Part shown: one piece after another, positions 56,718 through 64,000 of the stretch | Numbering within the stretch: the stretch's first letter is position 1 | How the letters are laid out: each line of letters starts with the position of its first letter | Source: Candidatus Glassbacteria bacterium | Lineage (GTDB): Bacteria; Gemmatimonadota; Glassbacteria; GWA2-58-10 | Assembly (NCBI GenBank): GCA_963752515.1 | Contig: CAVVYO010000006.1 | Coordinates: 274,284 to 338,283, forward strand | Reading direction: 5' to 3' | DNA length: 64,000 bases | Translations under genes and position numbers: made by a program | Notes under the pieces: model-generated | The model's database searches: none | Told to the model about the DNA's origin: nothing | What the model saw: the letters and a program-made list of their open reading frames with translations, nothing else

Positions 56718-57767
56718 TCAGGCTTTCCCGAGCTTATCCTCGACCGCCTCGATCCTGCGCAGGAGATCTTTCATCTGCTCGATCACTTTCGGAATGCGCG
56801 AGAGCGAGGCTTGCTGCCGGAGGGCCTCGCTGTGGGGGCGCGCCGGGTAGCCGGAAACTTCCGAGCCCTCGGGGATGGACTTGGTGACACCGGACTGGGC
56901 GCCGACCTTGACCCGGTCACCGATGCGCAGGTGCCCACCCACGCCCGCCTGTCCGGCGATGATCACCGAGCGGCCGACCTTGGTCGAGCCGGAGATGCCG
57001 ACCTGGGCGATGACCAGAGTATTGTCGCCGATCTCGACATTGTGGGCGACATGGACCAGGTTGTCGAACTTGACCCCATTGCCGATCCGGGTCAGGGCCA
57101 GGGTGCCGCGGTCGATGGTGGTGTTGGCCCCGATCTCGACATCATCGCCGAGCACCAGGCCGCCCACCTGGGGCACCTTGTTCTGGACTCCCCGCGGATC
57201 GCAGACGAAGCCGAAGCCATCGCCGCCGAGCACGCACCCGCTCTGCAGCAGGCAGCGCCGCCCGATCCTGACATCGTCCAGCACGGTCGCCCCGGGCATC
57301 AGCCGGCTCTCATCGCCGATCACCGCGCGCTCGCCGACATAGGAGCGGGCCTGGAGGATGCAGTCATGGCCGATCCGGCTGCCGGCGGCCACCACCACCA
57401 ACGGACCGAGATAGACCCGCTCGCCGACCTCGGCAGTAGGGTCGATCACGGCGGTGGGATGGATGCCCGGCGTAAATTTCCGGTGCTGGGGGAAAAACAG
57501 CTCGACCGTGCGCAGAAAACACAGGTAAGGATTGGCGACCAGCAGGAAATTGCGCTCCGCGGTCGCGGCGCCGTTGGATTCGGCGACAATCACCGCACTG
57601 GCCCGGGTGGTGCCTACCCGGCTGTAGTAACGGGGGTTGGCGACAAAAGTGATATCGCCCTCCTCGGCTTCATCGAGGCCGGCGACACCCTTGATCAGGA
57701 TCTCCGGGTCACCCTTGACCCGACCCTGCATTCTGGCAGCGATCTCACCCAGGCTGAATGTAGGCAA
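56718..57767 (-). CDS. lpxD: UDP-3-O-acylglucosamine N-acyltransferase
   Basis: 349 aa with the LpxD N-terminal domain, hexapeptide repeats and a C-terminal helix. Confidence 0.9.
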   Translation of the reverse strand: MPTFSLGEIAARMQGRVKGDPEILIKGVAGLDEAEEGDITFVANPRYYSRVGTTRASAVIVAESNGAATAERNFLLVANPYLCFLRTVELFFPQHRKFTPGIHPTAVIDPTAEVGERVYLGPLVVVAAGSRIGHDCILQARSYVGERAVIGDESRLMPGATVLDDVRIGRRCLLQSGCVLGGDGFGFVCDPRGVQNKVPQVGGLVLGDDVEIGANTTIDRGTLALTRIGNGVKFDNLVHVAHNVEIGDNTLVIAQVGISGSTKVGRSVIIAGQAGVGGHLRIGDRVKVGAQSGVTKSIPEGSEVSGYPARPHSEALRQQASLSRIPKVIEQMKDLLRRIEAVEDKLGKA

Positions 57768-57785
57768 CTTGCAACCCCTGATAGG

Positions 57786-58433
57786 TTAGCGACGCGTTGC
57801 TGACTGTTCGACGCCGAGGGCTTGCAGCACCTCGTCGGTCAGATTCAACTCCTGGTCGATGTAGAACAGGACGGAGGAGTCGAAGATCAGCGAGACCCCC
57901 ATCCGCTGGCCGGTCTCAGCGACCATCCGGTTGACCTTCTCCAGGATGGGCTGACTCAACTCGGCGTTGCGCCGTTCCAGCACCCCGCCCTCCCCATAGA
58001 TCTGGCGGTAGAGGGCCAGCACCTCCTGCTTGGCGGCTTCCGCCCGCTCTTCCAGGCGCCCGATCTGCCGGCGCAAAGCCAGCGTGTCCGCCGGAACGCC
58101 TCTCCCGGCCGGAACCGGGGTCAGGCTGTCAGCGGCGACAGGCGGCTGGGCCGCTCGCGGCGCAGCACCGGGCGTGGCGGCCGAATCGCTGACAGCCTTG
58201 AGCTGGGCCTTGGCCGTGGTCAGCGAATCCTGCCAGACCTTGATCGCCTGCTGCCGGTCCTGGAATCGCTTCTCCCAGAGCGCCGTCTCCTGGTCGAGGA
58301 TCTTCTGGACCTCCTTGACCTCAGGCAACTGGCTCAGGATCCGCTGATCCTCCACGAACCCGAATTTGAGTTCCTGGGCCCGGGCCTCGGCGGCCATCAC
58401 CACAAGCAATAAAATTACTACGATTCGGCTCAT
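57786..58433 (-). CDS. OmpH/Skp-family periplasmic chaperone (with Ala/Pro-rich insertion)
   Basis: Signal peptide, coiled charged segments and a C-terminal ...LIFDSSVLFYIDQELNLTDEVL typical of OmpH. Confidence 0.75.
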   Translation of the reverse strand: MSRIVVILLLVVMAAEARAQELKFGFVEDQRILSQLPEVKEVQKILDQETALWEKRFQDRQQAIKVWQDSLTTAKAQLKAVSDSAATPGAAPRAAQPPVAADSLTPVPAGRGVPADTLALRRQIGRLEERAEAAKQEVLALYRQIYGEGGVLERRNAELSQPILEKVNRMVAETGQRMGVSLIFDSSVLFYIDQELNLTDEVLQALGVEQSATRR

Positions 58434-58459
58434 AAGGAAAGACTTTTCTCTTGCGCGCC

Positions 58460-59020
58460 TTATCTTCTGGGGCTGCCGGAAGAAGTGCCACCCGCAGCTT
58501 TCGGGGAAACGTCGACACCGGCCTTGAGGATCTTCAGCACCTCTTCGGTGAGGTCCATCGTCTCATTGGCGTAGAGCAGGCCCTGGGCGTTGAAGATCAT
58601 CGTATACTTGTCGCGGTCGCCGAGGATCTCGATCGCCCGGTTGATCTTGGCATAGACCGGAGTCAGCAGCTCCATCTTGCGCTGCTCGGCCTTGCCCTGC
58701 TCGCTGAAAGTCTCCTGATAGAACTGGGCCATGTCGCGGCGCTTGGTGACGATTTCCTCTTCCTTCTCGCGCTTCTTTTCCGGGCTGAAGAGCATCTGGC
58801 GCTGCTTGTACTCCTCCTCGAGGCCGTTGACCGCCTGCTGCATCTCCTGCAACTGGGTCTGCCAGCCCTGGAGTTCCTTCTCGTAGGTTTTCGCGGCATC
58901 CTCGAACTCGGGGAAATTCTGCACCAGGGCTTCCACCTGGACATAGCCGACCTTGACCTGGGCGAACGAAGTGGCCGCGAAGGCAAGCACTAAGGCAAAC
59001 AGCATGGACAGGATACGCAA
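58460..59020 (-). CDS. skp: OmpH/Skp-family periplasmic chaperone
   Basis: 186 aa with a signal peptide, a coiled middle and ...MIFNAQGLLYANETMDLTEEVLKIL. Confidence 0.8.
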   Translation of the reverse strand: MRILSMLFALVLAFAATSFAQVKVGYVQVEALVQNFPEFEDAAKTYEKELQGWQTQLQEMQQAVNGLEEEYKQRQMLFSPEKKREKEEEIVTKRRDMAQFYQETFSEQGKAEQRKMELLTPVYAKINRAIEILGDRDKYTMIFNAQGLLYANETMDLTEEVLKILKAGVDVSPKAAGGTSSGSPRR

Positions 59021-59123
59021 CGGTCGTTCCTCCTCAAAGGTTCACTGCGCCTGGTGAATTAAGCATGTTGCCATCTATTCTTCAAACCGGGATGACGGGC
59101 AGCGTCACGATTCCTGCCGGCCT

Positions 59124-61529
59124 TTAGAACATCCCGAAGCGGAAGTGCGGGATCCACTTGCCGGGCAACGGGTTGCCCAGTTCATCGGTCTGGTCGAAGC
59201 CGTAGCCCAGATCCAGGCCCAGCGGCCCCATCGGGGTCTGGACCCGCACGCCGATGCCCGCGCTGCGGCGCAGCTTGGACAGATTCATGTCCGCCAGCTC
59301 GCTCCAGACATTGCCGGCTTCCGCGAACAGGACCGCATGCACCTGCTCGGTGATCTCGATCTCCTCCTCGAGCGTGGCCAGGAAGTACGCCCGGCCGCGG
59401 GCATACATCCGTCCATCGACTCCCACCCGGCGATCCTCATAGCCGCGCAGGTGGATGTCGGTGTCACGCCCGTAGCCGGTGCCGCCCATGATGAACATCT
59501 CGCGCGGATCGAGCAGCGGGCTGCCCGTTCCGCCGAACGGGTTCATCGTGCCGCCGTTCACCTTCAGACCCAGAATCGCCACATCCTTGTAGGTCGGGGT
59601 GTACCACTCCGTGGCGATCCCGTATTTCTGGAAGCCGATGTTGCCCCCGAACGGTCCGCCGCTGAACTCCGCATCGAAGCTGTGGCGCGTGCCGCCCTTG
59701 GAGTGCTGATAACCCAGCCGGGTGTCCCGGGCCAGGGTGAACGAAACCTTGCTCGAGGTTTGCGGATAGTCGTTGATGTCGGCCCCGGTGTACATCGCCA
59801 CCAGCGCGCTGTCGCCGCGGATGTCAATCGACATCAGCGAGTAGCCGACATAGAACCGGGTGTAGTCGACCTCCGGGATCGGGAAGCCCCAGCGCTGGTA
59901 GAAGCCCTTGTAGCGGTCCTGGAACGGGTCGTTGCGCAGGCGCCGCCGCATGTTGAACACCCCGACATCCAGCGAGATCGGGGTGTCCATGAAGTACTGG
60001 TCCCCATAGCTGAGGTCGATGTTGTTCATCCGCGTGCCGAACTCGAAGCGCAACTGGACCGATTTGCCCCGTCCGAACAGGTTGCTCTGGGTCAGGTCCA
60101 GGAAGCCGGTCATCCCGTAGCCGCCGCCGAAACCGGCGCCGAAATTGGCGCTCCCGGTGCGCTTCTCCTTGACCTTGAACACCAGGTCAACCTCGTTGCT
60201 TTCGCCCACCGGCCGCGGCTCGATCCCGATATCCCGCTCGAAGAACCCGCTGTTGACCAGGTTCTGGTAGCTGGCCTTGACCAGCGGCTGACGATAGAGA
60301 TCGCCGGGCATGATCATGATCCGCCGCCGCACCACGCCCTCGAAAGTGCTCTCGTTGCCCTGGATGACGATCTTGCGCACGGTGGCCGGCTCGCCCTCCT
60401 GGATCGCCAGCTCGAGGTTGATCAGGCTGTCCTGGAAAGTGCGCAGCGGCTGGGCCTGCAGGTAGATGTAGCCCTCCTCGCCGTAGGCCTCGCGCACCTT
60501 CTCCATGCTTTCGTCGAACTTCTCCTCGTTGAAGACGCTGCCCTCGCTCAGGGTGAACTGCGAGAGGATGAACTCGTCCGGGAAGTGCGAGTTGCCGGTG
60601 ACCTTGATGTCACCGACATAATAGCGCTGGCCCTCATCCACCGTGATCTGGACCGTCACATCCCGGCTGCCCTTCCGGAACTTCAGCTCGTGGCCGAGCA
60701 CCTGGGCATTGACATAGCCGAACTTGCGGTAGAACTCCGGCAGCTTCTCGGTCAGGTCCTTCTGGAACTTTTCCTCCTCGTAGCCGCCGGTGCGCCAGAA
60801 CAGCAGCCAGCTCTTTTTCTTGGTGGAAAGCGCGCCGGTCAGCTTGTCGTCCGGGAAAGCCTCATTGCCCTCGAACACGACCTCGGTGACCCGGACCTTC
60901 TGGCCCTCCTCCACCTGGAGCGTGATCTCGACCCGGCCCGGGGCCTCAGCGGCTTTGACCTCCGGCAGGACATGGGTGTTGTAGTAACCGCTGTCCTTGT
61001 ACTTCTCGATGATCTGGTTCTGGGCCTGCTGCAGCTTGCCCGGCGAGAACAGCCCCCCCACCCGCAACTCCACCGCCTCGCGCAGGTCGGTCTCCTTGAC
61101 CTTTTTGCTGCCCTTGAACTCCAGCTTGGAGATGATCGGGGCTTCCTCGACCCGGATCATCAGCTTGAGCCCGCCGGGAACCTCCTCGGCCAGGATGTCG
61201 ACATCGCTGTAGAGGCCGGTCTCCCAGAGGTTTTTCATGGCGCGCTGGACATCGGTCAGGGTAAACAGCGCGCCGGTCGAGAGCTGGGTGGCGGAAAGCA
61301 CCCGCTGGTCCGCCACGCGCCGGTTGCCCTGGATCTCAATCTCGACAATCCGTTTTTCCTCGGTGCTCTGCTGCGGCGCCTGGGCCAGCAGCCCCGGTCC
61401 GACCACGCCGGCCGGCGGCTGCAGCAGGGTCAGGAGCAGCAGGACCGGCACGATGGGGACCAGCCGGCGCGGGTGGGCGGGATGCCGCGACGCCCGGACC
61501 GCTGATCCCGAAGAGCTGAAAAAACCCAT
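59124..61529 (-). CDS. bamA: outer membrane protein assembly factor BamA
   Basis: Starts MGFFSSSG.. at 61529. POTRA repeats (IEIQGNRRV, VVFEGNEAF, IKVTGNSHF, IVIQGNEST) and a C-terminal beta-barrel ending ...HFRFGMF. Confidence 0.92.
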   Translation of the reverse strand: MGFFSSSGSAVRASRHPAHPRRLVPIVPVLLLLTLLQPPAGVVGPGLLAQAPQQSTEEKRIVEIEIQGNRRVADQRVLSATQLSTGALFTLTDVQRAMKNLWETGLYSDVDILAEEVPGGLKLMIRVEEAPIISKLEFKGSKKVKETDLREAVELRVGGLFSPGKLQQAQNQIIEKYKDSGYYNTHVLPEVKAAEAPGRVEITLQVEEGQKVRVTEVVFEGNEAFPDDKLTGALSTKKKSWLLFWRTGGYEEEKFQKDLTEKLPEFYRKFGYVNAQVLGHELKFRKGSRDVTVQITVDEGQRYYVGDIKVTGNSHFPDEFILSQFTLSEGSVFNEEKFDESMEKVREAYGEEGYIYLQAQPLRTFQDSLINLELAIQEGEPATVRKIVIQGNESTFEGVVRRRIMIMPGDLYRQPLVKASYQNLVNSGFFERDIGIEPRPVGESNEVDLVFKVKEKRTGSANFGAGFGGGYGMTGFLDLTQSNLFGRGKSVQLRFEFGTRMNNIDLSYGDQYFMDTPISLDVGVFNMRRRLRNDPFQDRYKGFYQRWGFPIPEVDYTRFYVGYSLMSIDIRGDSALVAMYTGADINDYPQTSSKVSFTLARDTRLGYQHSKGGTRHSFDAEFSGGPFGGNIGFQKYGIATEWYTPTYKDVAILGLKVNGGTMNPFGGTGSPLLDPREMFIMGGTGYGRDTDIHLRGYEDRRVGVDGRMYARGRAYFLATLEEEIEITEQVHAVLFAEAGNVWSELADMNLSKLRRSAGIGVRVQTPMGPLGLDLGYGFDQTDELGNPLPGKWIPHFRFGMF

Positions 61530-61805
61530 TGAGGATTCGCCTATCGCTTGATGAGCCGTCCGCGTCAGACAGCGGTCCTGTGGAGAGATGAGGCCGGGAC
61601 GGCTCCAGGGCCCCCCAGCGGAAAGACATTCATCCGATGCGACCGAAACCGCAGGCCCACTCCCCTGACCGGATCGGCCGATTCTACCAGTCGGCCCTGA
61701 TGTCCCGGCCATGGCCCCGGCGTGGAACATCAGGGCCGGCAAGCTCCGGCGGAATCTGGCCCCAATTCCGGTCCCGCCTGGTCGACAGCTCCGCGGCAAG
61801 CCTGA

Positions 61806-64000
<2,195 letters not shown>

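Overview
G+C-rich bacterial chromosome segment, densely packed with about 55 protein genes. I found no rRNA, tRNA, CRISPR array, transposase or integrase. The content is mostly housekeeping and cell envelope. It includes a classic diderm outer-membrane cluster (bamA, skp, skp, lpxD, lpxC/fabZ fusion, lpxA). The lpxC/fabZ fusion suggests an FCB-superphylum-like lineage, but that is inference only. Peptidoglycan genes are scattered: a murG with a C-terminal extension is coupled to mraY, and murE lies convergent to them. Other content: citrate synthase, KtrAB, RNase R, RNase PH/RdgB, CysK-ThiF, HflKC, rpsT, an ECF sigma/anti-sigma module with two Spy-like proteins, a KamA-type radical SAM cluster, a GH42-like glycosidase and a MetF-MetV fusion. 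Items worth a second look: (1) a dispersed 80-100 bp intergenic repeat (three copies) with a conserved purine-rich box and a long hairpin whose arms change in a fully compensatory way between copies; two inverted copies bracket an aspartate racemase gene. (2) A ~310-nt lower-GC, strand-specifically structured candidate RNA leader upstream of a membrane-protein/amidohydrolase pair. (3) A MurG-HEAT fusion translationally coupled to mraY, followed by a Wzx-type flippase and tandem beta-helix lipoproteins. (4) murE apparently co-transcribed with rhodanese-MauE, TPR and amidotransferase-like secreted proteins. (5) A DRG-type GTPase. Sequence quality is a caveat. At least 13 isolated frameshifts hit otherwise well-conserved, often essential genes, mostly at short G/C or T homopolymers. 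The last ~2 kb (clpC) carries roughly 20 indels. This looks like consensus error or a chimeric or unpolished end rather than biology. I could not demonstrate any clearly novel multi-gene system from sequence alone.
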